Positions 9,592 through 18,660 of a stretch of DNA of 64,000 nucleotides are shown here, in pieces. Made by a program: the position numbers and the translations under genes. Within the stretch, counting starts at the first letter, position 1, and each line of letters starts with the position of its first letter. The DNA comes from Candidatus Omnitrophota bacterium (lineage in GTDB: Bacteria; Omnitrophota; Gorgyraeia; Duberdicusellales; 4484-171). The stretch is taken from the NCBI GenBank assembly GCA_041652815.1, contig JBAZGN010000001.1, forward strand, positions 381,855-445,854, read 5' to 3'. The notes beneath the pieces were generated by a model, which saw only the letters and a program-made list of their open reading frames with translations, was not told the DNA's origin and ran no database searches.

Positions 9592-9834
9592 ATGAATATA
9601 GTATATATCCTAACAAGTAAAAATTATCCGGAGCGATATTATATAGGTTTTACTCAAGATTTAGAACGCAGAATAAAAGATCATAACAGCGGTGATTCTC
9701 TATACACAAAACGCTATATGCCTTGGGAATTACAAACTTATATTACGTTTAAAAATAAACTCCAGGCAGAGGAATTTGAGAAATATCTTAAATCAGGTTC
9801 TGGATTTGCATTTTTAAAACGAAGATTTCTATAG
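9592..9834 (+). CDS. small GIY-YIG nuclease-domain protein (UPF0213-like)
   Basis: GIY-YIG motifs: VYILTS...YYIGFTQDLERRIKDHN. Start chosen at the internal Met of the longer ORF, because the upstream part of that ORF overlaps the tRNA. Flanked by inverted repeats gttctgcttcgcc / ggcgaagcagaac. Confidence 0.6.
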   Translation: MNIVYILTSKNYPERYYIGFTQDLERRIKDHNSGDSLYTKRYMPWELQTYITFKNKLQAEEFEKYLKSGSGFAFLKRRFL

Positions 9835-10163
9835 GCGAAGCAGAACTGTCCCTGCGAAGCCTGACCCGATGTTCTATTCTCTGAAGGGCGAAGCAGGACA
9901 GCCGTTCTTAATTTCAAATCAAAATTTTCGTACTTTTAGTGCTGATTTTTATGGAAGTAAATATGACCCAAACCGAAGTATTCGAATTTTTGAATAAAAA
10001 TCCCGTAATGTATTTAGCAACCTGTTGAATAATAGAAACTAATTTTTCACCCAAAGATCATATCAAGCTTTATTGATTAAATAAGAGAACAGAGAAGAAG
10101 TAAAATATTTTCTGTTATCTGTAAACTGTACTCTGTACTCTTTCCGAGCGAAGCGAGGAAAAC

Positions 10164-11033
10164 ATGCTAACCCAAGAATTAAAAACAAAAGTTTTAAAAG
10201 CCCAGAAAAATGAGCTTACCGAACATATAATTTATAAAAATCTCGCTTCGGTTATAAAAGATAAACAACAGAGCGAAATTTTAATCAGAATATCAAACGA
10301 AGAGTTGACGCATTATGAGTTTTTTAAAAGCATAACACAAGAAGAAGTTGCACCGGATAGTTTTAAGATTTTTCTTTATGTTTTTATTTCCCGCATCTTT
10401 GGCTTAAATTTTGGCTTAAAACTTATGGAAAATGGAGAAGACCTGGCGCAAGATGCCTATGATAGATTAAAAGAAATTTCACCGCAGATAGATGATATCA
10501 TCAAGGATGAAGAAAAACACGAAACAGAATTAATTGATTTAATCAACGAAGAACGCCTGAAATATGTAAGCTCAATAGTTTTAGGCTTAAATGACGCTTT
10601 GGTAGAATTAACCGGTGCTTTAGCTGGCTTTACTCTTGCCCTGCAAAATACAAAGCTTATTGCAATTATCGGTTTAATTACAGGAATTGCCGCTTCTATG
10701 TCTATGGCCGCTTCTGAATATTTATCTACCAAACACGAAGAAACCGATAAAACGCCCCTTAAAGCATGTATTTATACCGGCATTACCTATGTAGGCACAG
10801 TAATGTTTCTGATTTTTCCTTATCTTTTGTTCAAAAATATATTCGTTTGCCTCGGTATCACAGTTACGAACGCCCTTTTATTGATTCTTATTTTTACTTT
10901 CTATACATCAGTTGCCAAAGGGCTTAGCTTTAAGAAAAGATTTTTCGAGATGGCTAGTATCAGTTTAGGCATAGCAGTAATCAACTTTTTTATAGGCTTT
11001 GCAATAAGAAAAGTGTTTGGTGTTGAAGTTTAA
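10164..11033 (+). CDS. ferritin-like/VIT1 (CCC1) family membrane iron/manganese transporter (MbfA-like)
   Basis: N-terminal ferritin-like/rubrerythrin-like domain, then C-terminal VIT-family TM helices. Architecture typical of membrane-bound ferritin-like proteins. Confidence 0.65.
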   Translation: MLTQELKTKVLKAQKNELTEHIIYKNLASVIKDKQQSEILIRISNEELTHYEFFKSITQEEVAPDSFKIFLYVFISRIFGLNFGLKLMENGEDLAQDAYDRLKEISPQIDDIIKDEEKHETELIDLINEERLKYVSSIVLGLNDALVELTGALAGFTLALQNTKLIAIIGLITGIAASMSMAASEYLSTKHEETDKTPLKACIYTGITYVGTVMFLIFPYLLFKNIFVCLGITVTNALLLILIFTFYTSVAKGLSFKKRFFEMASISLGIAVINFFIGFAIRKVFGVEV

Positions 11034-11257
11034 GAAAGAGCTTTGAAAAACTGCATTGACACCGCAAAAACGCTAAAACCCCGCAAAGACGCAAAAAGAA
11101 ACACGAAAAGAAACCCTCTGGTTTTCGGTAAAATCTTTGTATTTCTCCTTTTGCGATTTTGTGGCATTTTTGCGGCTTTGCGGGGTAAATAATAGTTTTC
11201 AGAAGCCGGTAAAATAAATGCTTGACGTAGCATAATCAATATGTTAATATTTTGCCT

Positions 11258-11566
11258 ATGTTTGCCATAGTTGAAATAGGAAAAAAACAGTATTTCGTAG
11301 AAAAAGGGCACTCTTACAAGGTAGAGAGGCTTTCTCAAAAGACCGGCGAAATTACCTTTGATAAGGTTCTTCTTGTAGCCGGCGATGACAAGGTTAGCCT
11401 TGGTATTCCTTATGTTAAGGGTGCAAAGATAACAGCGCAGATAAACGGCGAAGAAAAGGCAAGTAAAGTTTTAAGCTATAAATACCGCAGGCGCAAGAAA
11501 TCACGCCGGATACGCGGCCACAGGCAAATTCATACCCTCCTTAAAATTTCTGATATCATAGTATAA
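11258..11566 (+). CDS. rplU: 50S ribosomal protein L21
   Basis: MFAIVEIGKKQYFVEKG... L21 signature. Preceded by a TTGACG-17-TTAATAT promoter-like sequence and a long imperfect hairpin leader. Confidence 0.9.
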   Translation: MFAIVEIGKKQYFVEKGHSYKVERLSQKTGEITFDKVLLVAGDDKVSLGIPYVKGAKITAQINGEEKASKVLSYKYRRRKKSRRIRGHRQIHTLLKISDIIV

Positions 11567-11725
11567 ATAACCAATAACCAAGATACAAATTCCAAACAAA
11601 TTCCAATATTCAATGACCAATGATCAAACGGTTTATTATTTTTTGTTTGGTTATTGAATATTGATTATTGGCCATTGTTTGGTTATTGTATCTTGGAGCT
11701 TGGTTATTTATAATAGAAATAACAT

Positions 11726-12646
11726 ATGATTATCGACGAAGTAAAAGTCTATTTCAAAGCAGGTTGTGGCGGAGAAGGCTCGTTTTCTTCTATGAAGTAT
11801 TCTGCCCGCCGCGTAATCGGCGGCGGCGGCGACGGCGGCCGCGGCGGTGACGTTATTTTAAAAGTAAGCCCTCATCTTTCAGATCTGATTAAATTCAACG
11901 AAAGAAGAAAATTTGTTGCCGAAGACGGAGAAAAAGGCAAAGAGTATAACAAGAAAGGAAAACACGGGGAAAGCCTTTTTGTTTATGTCCCTAAAGGCAC
12001 GCAAATCGTTGATTTAGATGGAAATCTCATTATTGATTTAAACGAAGATAGTCAGGAATATTTAATTTGCAAGGGTGGTGCCGGCGGAAAAGGAAACTTC
12101 AAAAAACTATACAGCCTGCCAGCCCAAAGCGGAGAGGAAAAAGAAGCAATTCTTTATTACTGTATTCCCAACGATGTCGCCATAGCCGGATTTGCAAATA
12201 GCGGCAAAACTTCTCTCTTTAATAAGCTTACCGGAAAATCTTACGCAGTAGCAGATTATCCTTTTACCACCAGGGCCTGCATCTGGGCACCCGTAGAGTT
12301 TGAATCCAGGAAATTCACAATAATGGATACCCCTCCTATCAAGAAAAATTCAAAAAATATTTACCTAGAAAATAGTTTTCTTAAACACCTATTCCGTAGT
12401 AAAATAATCTTACTTGTCAGCGATAATCACTGTGAGTTTAAAAGCGAATTTTCCGCTCTCAAGAAGGAAATTTCCTCATTCGATAAACTTCTAACCAGCG
12501 GTAAAAAAATTTTTTACTTATTGAATAAAGTTGATAAAATAGATAGAAATACCATTAATTTAAAAGGAGTTATACCTGTTTCAACAATTGACGATACAGG
12601 TATTGAGGAATTGAAGAAAAAGCTAATAAAACATTTTGTAAAATAA
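11726..12646 (+). CDS. obg: Obg-family GTPase with a divergent switch II and no C-terminal extension
   Basis: Glycine-rich N-terminal Obg fold (GGGGDGGRGGDV, GGAGGKGN). G1 is GFANSGKTS and G4 is NKVD. The canonical DxxG is replaced by DTPP. The protein is 306 aa and ends after the G domain. Confidence 0.8.
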   Translation: MIIDEVKVYFKAGCGGEGSFSSMKYSARRVIGGGGDGGRGGDVILKVSPHLSDLIKFNERRKFVAEDGEKGKEYNKKGKHGESLFVYVPKGTQIVDLDGNLIIDLNEDSQEYLICKGGAGGKGNFKKLYSLPAQSGEEKEAILYYCIPNDVAIAGFANSGKTSLFNKLTGKSYAVADYPFTTRACIWAPVEFESRKFTIMDTPPIKKNSKNIYLENSFLKHLFRSKIILLVSDNHCEFKSEFSALKKEISSFDKLLTSGKKIFYLLNKVDKIDRNTINLKGVIPVSTIDDTGIEELKKKLIKHFVK

Positions 12647-12653
12647 CTGAAAA

Positions 12654-13697
12654 ATGAAAAAAATCGTCGTAAAAGTCGGTAGCAGCATAATTGCCCCATC
12701 TGGAAAGCTGAATAATTCTTTGGTTGAGGCGCTTGTAAAAGATGTTTTAGAAGCGCAAAAACTTGGGTTTAAGGTTATTCTCGTAAGTAGCGGCGCAATT
12801 GCTTGCGGCGCAGATAAGCTGGAGCTTCGCAAAAAGCCAAACGATACAGCTCATCTTATGGCGCTTGCATCCCTTGGCCAAATTATACTTATGGATGCAT
12901 ATACCGCTCAATTTAAAAAGCATACCAGGGCCTGCGCGCAGATTCTTCTTACCTGGGATGACTTTGATAACCGTAAGCGCTTTTTAAACGCACGAAACAC
13001 GATAAACAAGCTCCTTTCGCTGGATATTATTCCGATAATAAATGAAAATGATGCCATATCTTTCGATGAGATAAAATTCGGCGATAACGACAGGCTTTCG
13101 GCTCTGGTAGGGGATTTGGTTCGTGCGCAGACTTTAATTATATTATCAGACGTTCCCGGGCTTATGGATAAAGATAAAATAATAGATACAGTTACCAAAA
13201 TTGATGAAAAAATTTCCGCATTAGTGAAAACCAAAGGTAAAGCCTTTACGAGCGGTGGTATGTCTACGAAACTCGAGGCAGGAAAAATTGCCACTTGCTC
13301 AGGCATAAAGATGATTATTGCTTCCGGCCACACTGAAAGAGTTATCTCGCGCATTGTAGGCGGAGAAAATTTAGGCACAACATTTTTGGCGCAAGACGCC
13401 GTGTGCAAGGCCCGCAAGAGATGGATTGCTTTTAGTAAAAAAATAAAAGGTAAAATTTATGTAGATACTGGCGCGAAAGAAGCAGTATTGAACCACGGCA
13501 AAAGCCTTCTTTGCGTAGGCATCATCAGGACAGAGCAGGATTTTAAAAGAGGGGATTCTGTCGAGGTTTTAGACGAAAACGAAAATATCCTGGGTTGTGG
13601 TATTGTTAATTATTCTTCGGATGAATTAGCTAACTGCCGCAGCAAGAAATTCGAAAAAGAAGTTATACACAGGAATAACTTTGTAAAAAAACAATAA
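12654..13697 (+). CDS. proB: glutamate 5-kinase with C-terminal PUA domain
   Basis: N-terminal VVKVGSS motif of the amino-acid kinase family. C-terminal PUA-like region. Sits in the conserved obg-proB-proA neighbourhood. Confidence 0.9.
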   Translation: MKKIVVKVGSSIIAPSGKLNNSLVEALVKDVLEAQKLGFKVILVSSGAIACGADKLELRKKPNDTAHLMALASLGQIILMDAYTAQFKKHTRACAQILLTWDDFDNRKRFLNARNTINKLLSLDIIPIINENDAISFDEIKFGDNDRLSALVGDLVRAQTLIILSDVPGLMDKDKIIDTVTKIDEKISALVKTKGKAFTSGGMSTKLEAGKIATCSGIKMIIASGHTERVISRIVGGENLGTTFLAQDAVCKARKRWIAFSKKIKGKIYVDTGAKEAVLNHGKSLLCVGIIRTEQDFKRGDSVEVLDENENILGCGIVNYSSDELANCRSKKFEKEVIHRNNFVKKQ

Positions 13698-13765
13698 CCA
13701 GCTATCAGTCATCAGCTATCAGCTTTCGGCTGAAGACTGACGACTGAAGGCTGAAAGCTTTATCT

Positions 13766-15016
13766 ATGCAAAAATACGTAAAAAATCTAGTCAAAAAAGC
13801 GAAAGAGGCCAGCTATAAGCTATCGCAGCTCGATAGCGAAAAAAAGAACGCCATACTATTTCAAATGGCTGATTATCTCATCGCGAATAAGGATTTTATT
13901 CTTAAAGAAAACGCGAAAGATGTTAAAACCGCCATAAAAAATAAATTACAGCAAAGTTTCATCGACCGCCTTACGCTTTCCGATAAACGTTTAAATGAAA
14001 TGAGCAACTCTCTAAAAGAAATTGCAAAGCTGCCCGACCCCGTTGGAAAAGTTATCGGCGAGTGGCAACGGCCAAACGGCCTTAAGCTTAAAAAAGTAAG
14101 AATTCCTATCGGAGTTATCCTCGTAATTTTCGAAGCGCGGCCCAATGTAACGAGCGACTGCGTGGGGCTTCTTTTTAAATCTTCTAACGTTGCGATACTT
14201 CGCGGCGGAGGAGATTCTATAAATTCAAATAGAGCCATAGGAAAAATTCTTAAAAAAGCAATACAATCCAGCGGCATAAACTTCGAGCCTTTTTTTATCA
14301 TCGAGAAAACAGAACATAAAATAGTTGATTTGTTACTTTCCGAAAATGAATACATAGACCTGGTTATTCCAAGAGGCGGAGAAGCTCTCATACGTAAAGT
14401 CGTAGAAAGTTCCAAAATTCCAGTAATAAAACATTATAAAGGAGTATGCCATATATTCGTAGATAAGGCATTAGACATAGGCAAAGCCTTACGCATTTGT
14501 GTAAATGCCAAAGTGCAAAGGCCTTCAGTGTGCAATGCCGTTGAAAAAATTCTTGTGCATCAAGATGTGGCAAATAATTTCCTTCCTTTGTTAAAAAAAG
14601 AACTTGATAAATATAAAGTGGAAATAAGAGGGGATAGCAAAACCTGCCGGATATTAAAAGGCATAAAAAAAGCCAAAGATGCGGATTGGTTTGCTGAATA
14701 CCTCGATTTGATAGTTACGATAAAAGTTGTGGCAAATATCGATAGTGCAATTTCTCATATAAATTTTTACGGCTCTCACCACACAGACGCAATTGTCACG
14801 AAAGATTTAAGCAAAGCGGCAAAATTTACAAAAGAAGTTGATTCTGCCTGCTGTTTCGTAAATATTTCAACCCGTTTTAGCGACGGCTTTCAGTTTGGCC
14901 TAGGCGCTGAGATAGGCATATCTACCGATAAAATCCACGCCCGCGGCCCAATGGGGCTTACGGAGCTTACTACTTACAAATGGGTGGTTGAAGGGGACGG
15001 GCAGGTAAGGGAATAG
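13766..15016 (+). CDS. proA: gamma-glutamyl phosphate reductase
   Basis: Aldehyde dehydrogenase-like fold with a catalytic Cys context (PSVCNAVE). Follows proB. Confidence 0.9.
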   Translation: MQKYVKNLVKKAKEASYKLSQLDSEKKNAILFQMADYLIANKDFILKENAKDVKTAIKNKLQQSFIDRLTLSDKRLNEMSNSLKEIAKLPDPVGKVIGEWQRPNGLKLKKVRIPIGVILVIFEARPNVTSDCVGLLFKSSNVAILRGGGDSINSNRAIGKILKKAIQSSGINFEPFFIIEKTEHKIVDLLLSENEYIDLVIPRGGEALIRKVVESSKIPVIKHYKGVCHIFVDKALDIGKALRICVNAKVQRPSVCNAVEKILVHQDVANNFLPLLKKELDKYKVEIRGDSKTCRILKGIKKAKDADWFAEYLDLIVTIKVVANIDSAISHINFYGSHHTDAIVTKDLSKAAKFTKEVDSACCFVNISTRFSDGFQFGLGAEIGISTDKIHARGPMGLTELTTYKWVVEGDGQVRE

Positions 15017-15112
15017 TCCATAGTCGACAGTCGATAGTTCACAGATTTAAAACTATGGATTATGGTCCCCTGTGGGGAGGCTTCGCTCTCTATGGACTGT
15101 GGACTAAATTAT
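15014..15112 (+). repeat. second copy of the stop-codon-containing ~95-bp repeat element; follows proA
   Basis: See 7473-7570. The proA TAG stop codon is the first triplet of the element. Confidence 0.6.
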
Positions 15113-15117
15113 TATGA

Positions 15118-15160
15118 AAATAGGAATTTTAGGCGGAACGTTTAACCCGCCGCTTAGAGA
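15118..15160 (+). other. 43-bp perfect duplicate of the nadD 5' end (ATG plus 13 codons), left border of an insertion
   Basis: atgaaaataggaattttaggcggaacgtttaacccgccgc is identical to 15853-15895. Confidence 0.85.
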
Positions 15161-15171
15161 GTGGAAGAAAG

Positions 15172-15717
15172 ATGGATTTTAAAACAGTATTAAAAAAATT
15201 GATAGATATATTTGAAAAAAACAAGATAGATTATGCACTTATTGGCGGGTTCGCCCTGGGTGTGTATGGAGTAGTCAGGGCTACTAATGATTTAGACTTT
15301 CTTATCGACAAGAAATACAATACATTTCTTAAGAAAATGATGAAACAGAATATGTATGATATTATTTATGAATCAGAAAATGTTATACAATTTGAGCACC
15401 CTGCTGCGATATTCGGCAGTATTGATTTTTTGTATGCGTTTAGGAAACCTTCTTTAGAAATGCTAAAAAGAGCAGTTGAGAAAAATTTATTCGAAAAAAC
15501 CATAGCCATAAAAGTGCTTTTGCCGGAGGACATAATTGGTTTAAAAGTACAGGCATTTGTAAATCGCCCGGAACGCAAAGTTTTCGAATTAGAGGACATT
15601 AAAAGTTTGATAACGGCAAACTTAAGTGAGTTGGATTGGGAAATCATAAAAAAACATTTTGCTTTATTTAATTTAGCTACATTATATGAAGAATTGAAAA
15701 ATAATTATGGTAAATAA
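15172..15717 (+). CDS. nucleotidyltransferase-fold protein (minimal pol-beta type NTase; Lnu/ANT/AbiEii-like), inserted gene
   Basis: GG...G...ATNDLDFLID is a G[SG]-x(n)-DhD nucleotidyltransferase signature. The gene lies between the two copies of the nadD 5' end. Confidence 0.55.
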   Translation: MDFKTVLKKLIDIFEKNKIDYALIGGFALGVYGVVRATNDLDFLIDKKYNTFLKKMMKQNMYDIIYESENVIQFEHPAAIFGSIDFLYAFRKPSLEMLKRAVEKNLFEKTIAIKVLLPEDIIGLKVQAFVNRPERKVFELEDIKSLITANLSELDWEIIKKHFALFNLATLYEELKNNYGK

Positions 15718-15852
15718 ACATAAAATTATACCGAATACTGTTAGCGAAAAAAAACGCATAGAAACATATTTACGTTTTGTTATATTTTTTAATAAATTTA
15801 TCAATCATAAAAAAAAGATTCACCGGCAGTTTGTCGAACGCGAAATGAAAAT

Positions 15853-16413
15853 ATGAAAATAGGAATTTTAGGCGGAACGTTTAACCCGCCGCACGTCGGA
15901 CATTTAATACTTGCTCAGGAAGTAGCGCAAAAGCTTTCTCTGGATAAGATTTTTTTTATTCCTACCAATATCCCGCCGCACAAAGAAAGCCACAATGTAA
16001 AAGGCCGCGACAGGCTTAATATGGTTAAGCTTGCGGTAAAAGGAGACAGCCGTTTTGAGGCGCTTGATTTAGAAATAAAACGCGGCGGCGTTTCTTACAC
16101 GATAGATACTGTACGCGAGCTTAAAAATAAATTTAAACGCGCGCAATTTATCCTTATAGTTGGTTCCGACCTGGCTAATGATTTTCCTACCTGGAAATAT
16201 TTTGAAAGCTTAAAAAAAGCAGTAAAAATTGTCGTTGCCAAGCGCCGGGCATATCCCTTGGAAACAAAAAACAGATTCATAATCGCGCAGATTGTGCAGA
16301 TGGGAATTTCTTCTTCTTACATAAGAGGGTTGATAAAAAAAGGATTTTCTGTAAAATACCTTGTTACTGATAGCGTGGCGGGGTACATAGAAAAGCATAA
16401 ATTATATAAATAA
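15853..16413 (+). CDS. nadD: nicotinate-nucleotide adenylyltransferase
   Basis: GGTFNPPHVGH (H/T)xGH motif. Size and overall sequence are typical of NadD. Confidence 0.9.
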   Translation: MKIGILGGTFNPPHVGHLILAQEVAQKLSLDKIFFIPTNIPPHKESHNVKGRDRLNMVKLAVKGDSRFEALDLEIKRGGVSYTIDTVRELKNKFKRAQFILIVGSDLANDFPTWKYFESLKKAVKIVVAKRRAYPLETKNRFIIAQIVQMGISSSYIRGLIKKGFSVKYLVTDSVAGYIEKHKLYK

Positions 16414-16486
16414 AGCTTTCAGCCATCAGCTTTCAGCTGAGGACTGACGACTGAGAGCTGACAGCTTTTAGAAAGGAGTTAACCAA

Positions 16487-17878
16487 ATGATTAAATTCGG
16501 TACAGACGGCTGGCGCGGTGTAATTGCTGATAATTTTACTTTTGATAATGTCCGGATAGTTTCCCAGGCAATTGCCGATTATCTGCATAAACAGGGTAAA
16601 GGCAATAAGAAGGTGATAATTGGTTATGATTGCAGATTCTTGTCAGCTGAGTTTGCCAAAACCGTTGCTTTGGTTCTTGCGGCAAACAAAATAAAAGCAG
16701 TTTTGTCCAATCGCGCGGTTCCTACTCCCGCAGTAAGCCTGCATGCTTTAGCCGGCAAATACGATTTAGGCGTGATGATTACAGCTTCTCATAACGGCGC
16801 TGAGTTTAACGGCCTTAAAATCAAGACTAAAGACGGCGCAGCAGCGGATAAGACGATTACCGATCGTGTCGAAAGCCTTCTTTATAAAACAAAACCTAAG
16901 TCGCTTGAGCTGGAATCCGCAAAAGCCAAAAAGCTTTTGGAAATGAAGGATTTAACTTGTGCTTATATCGATTTTCTGAAAAAATTCGTGAGCCTTCCCA
17001 AAATTCGTAAATTGAAACTTAATATTTTAGTCGATGTGATGTATGGCGCGGGAGATAATTTCATCGAGCATGTTCTGGGTAAATGCAACATAAAGGTAAA
17101 TTATCTGCACAATGAATTTAACCCTTCGTTTGGCGGATTTCATCCTGAGCCGATTGAGGAAAACTTAAGAGAAATGGAAAAAAGGATGAAGTCAGGTGAA
17201 TATGATTTAGGTGTCGTGCTTGACGGAGATGCAGACAGGATTGCAACCTTTGACAGCCAGGGAAATTACGTAAACGCGCAGGTGATACTCCCGCTTTTAA
17301 GTATCCATATGGCTAAAAACAGAAATGAACAAGGCGGTATCGGCAAAACCGTGGTTGGAAGCAATATCATAGACGATGTAGCTATGTCGCTTGGGGTAGC
17401 TTGCTACGAAACGCCGGTCGGTTTTAAATATATTTCAAGCTTGTTTAAGGAAAATCTTATTTCAATCGGCGGAGAAGAAGCCGGCGGTATAGGTTTTAAA
17501 GGCTACATTCCCGAAAGAGATGGTTCTGCCGCGGCGCTTTTATTGCTTGAAATGATGGCCATCGAAAAAAAGAGTTACGATAAACTCTTAGCTGGTTTGT
17601 ATAAAACTTACGGAAGATGGTTTTACAGCAGGACGGCAATTCCCGTAAAAAGCCTTAAAAAAAGTGTAAACGGCTTAAAATTGCCTACTTCACTTTTCGG
17701 AAAAAAGATAGAAAGGATAAATAGGTTAGACGGTATTAAGCTGATTACAAAAGATAACTGGCTTATGTTTCGCCAGTCAGGAACAGAGCCGATTGTCAGA
17801 GTATATGCTGAAAGCAAATCTAAACAAGAAGCAGACAGGTTGCTTTCTCTAGGCAAGAAAATGATCTATGACTTATGA
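16487..17878 (+). CDS. phosphoglucomutase/phosphomannomutase family protein
   Basis: GTDGWRG N-terminus, TASHN active-site serine loop, and a GEEAGG sugar-binding loop. Confidence 0.85.
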   Translation: MIKFGTDGWRGVIADNFTFDNVRIVSQAIADYLHKQGKGNKKVIIGYDCRFLSAEFAKTVALVLAANKIKAVLSNRAVPTPAVSLHALAGKYDLGVMITASHNGAEFNGLKIKTKDGAAADKTITDRVESLLYKTKPKSLELESAKAKKLLEMKDLTCAYIDFLKKFVSLPKIRKLKLNILVDVMYGAGDNFIEHVLGKCNIKVNYLHNEFNPSFGGFHPEPIEENLREMEKRMKSGEYDLGVVLDGDADRIATFDSQGNYVNAQVILPLLSIHMAKNRNEQGGIGKTVVGSNIIDDVAMSLGVACYETPVGFKYISSLFKENLISIGGEEAGGIGFKGYIPERDGSAAALLLLEMMAIEKKSYDKLLAGLYKTYGRWFYSRTAIPVKSLKKSVNGLKLPTSLFGKKIERINRLDGIKLITKDNWLMFRQSGTEPIVRVYAESKSKQEADRLLSLGKKMIYDL

Positions 17879-18437
17879 AATCTGTAAGGGGCTTTGTTTC
17901 CTGATTGTAAGTTTGTTCTGTAAAATAGAGGTAAAAGGAAAAGACGTATTTCCGAAAGCCGGGCCTTTTATTTTGGCATCAAACCACATAAGCTACCTTG
18001 ACCCGGAAATTGTCGGCATGGTCTGCCCAAGGCAATTAAATTATCTTGCCAAGGAAGAATTATTCCAAAATAAATTATTTGCAGCATTTCTTAAAAAAAT
18101 AAATGTAATACCCATTAAAAGAGGGCAGGCGGATTTACATGTTTTACGCTTGAGCTTAAAAATACTGGAAGATAGGCCTTTGCTGATTTTCCCGCAGGGC
18201 ACACGCGCAACTAATTATGATTCTTTTAAGGAAGGCGTAGGTTTTCTTTACAAAAATTCCCAAGCGCCGGTGATTGCGGCTAAAGTTTACGGAACGGACA
18301 AAGTTCTTCCCAAAGGCGCTAAGTTCTTAAGATTCGGTAAAATAAAGGTCATTTTTGCCAAAGTAGAGGGCTTAGAAGGCCAGAATACCCGCCACCAGGT
18401 GACGGCAAAGGTCGTCGAAACCATAAAAAGCCTTTAA
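17868..18437 (+). CDS. plsC: 1-acyl-sn-glycerol-3-phosphate acyltransferase
   Basis: NHISYLD (HX4D) acyltransferase motif and a PQGTR motif. Confidence 0.8.
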   Translation: MTYEICKGLCFLIVSLFCKIEVKGKDVFPKAGPFILASNHISYLDPEIVGMVCPRQLNYLAKEELFQNKLFAAFLKKINVIPIKRGQADLHVLRLSLKILEDRPLLIFPQGTRATNYDSFKEGVGFLYKNSQAPVIAAKVYGTDKVLPKGAKFLRFGKIKVIFAKVEGLEGQNTRHQVTAKVVETIKSL

Positions 18438-18660
18438 AATAGCCATCAGCCATCAGCTTTCAGTCTTCAGCAGCTGACAGCTGATGCCTGAACGCTGAAA
18501 GCTGATAGTTATTGACAAAAATAATTCTTTAAGAGATAATTGTTGCCCTGTAAACGCCTTGATTGTTATCAGATATCGCATATCTAGCAAGGCAACTTCA
18601 GGGAAAAAATTAGATATTTAATTCTGGGTTAACCTGGGATAAATTGGAGGTTTAAAGCTA

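Noticed and set aside
9961-10026. 22-codon ORF MTQTEVFEFLNKNPVMYLATC resembling the N-terminus of pyridoxamine-5'-phosphate-oxidase-like (PNPOx/Nim) proteins
   Set aside because: It is too short to call. It could be a remnant of a deleted gene, but the similarity rests on a short generic motif. Recorded only as a possible gene relic.
11668-11850. 60-aa ORF ending in a poly-Arg tract (RRRRRRRPRR)
   Set aside because: Alternative frame across the GGCGGCGGC glycine-rich region of obg. It overlaps the true obg start and is not a gene.
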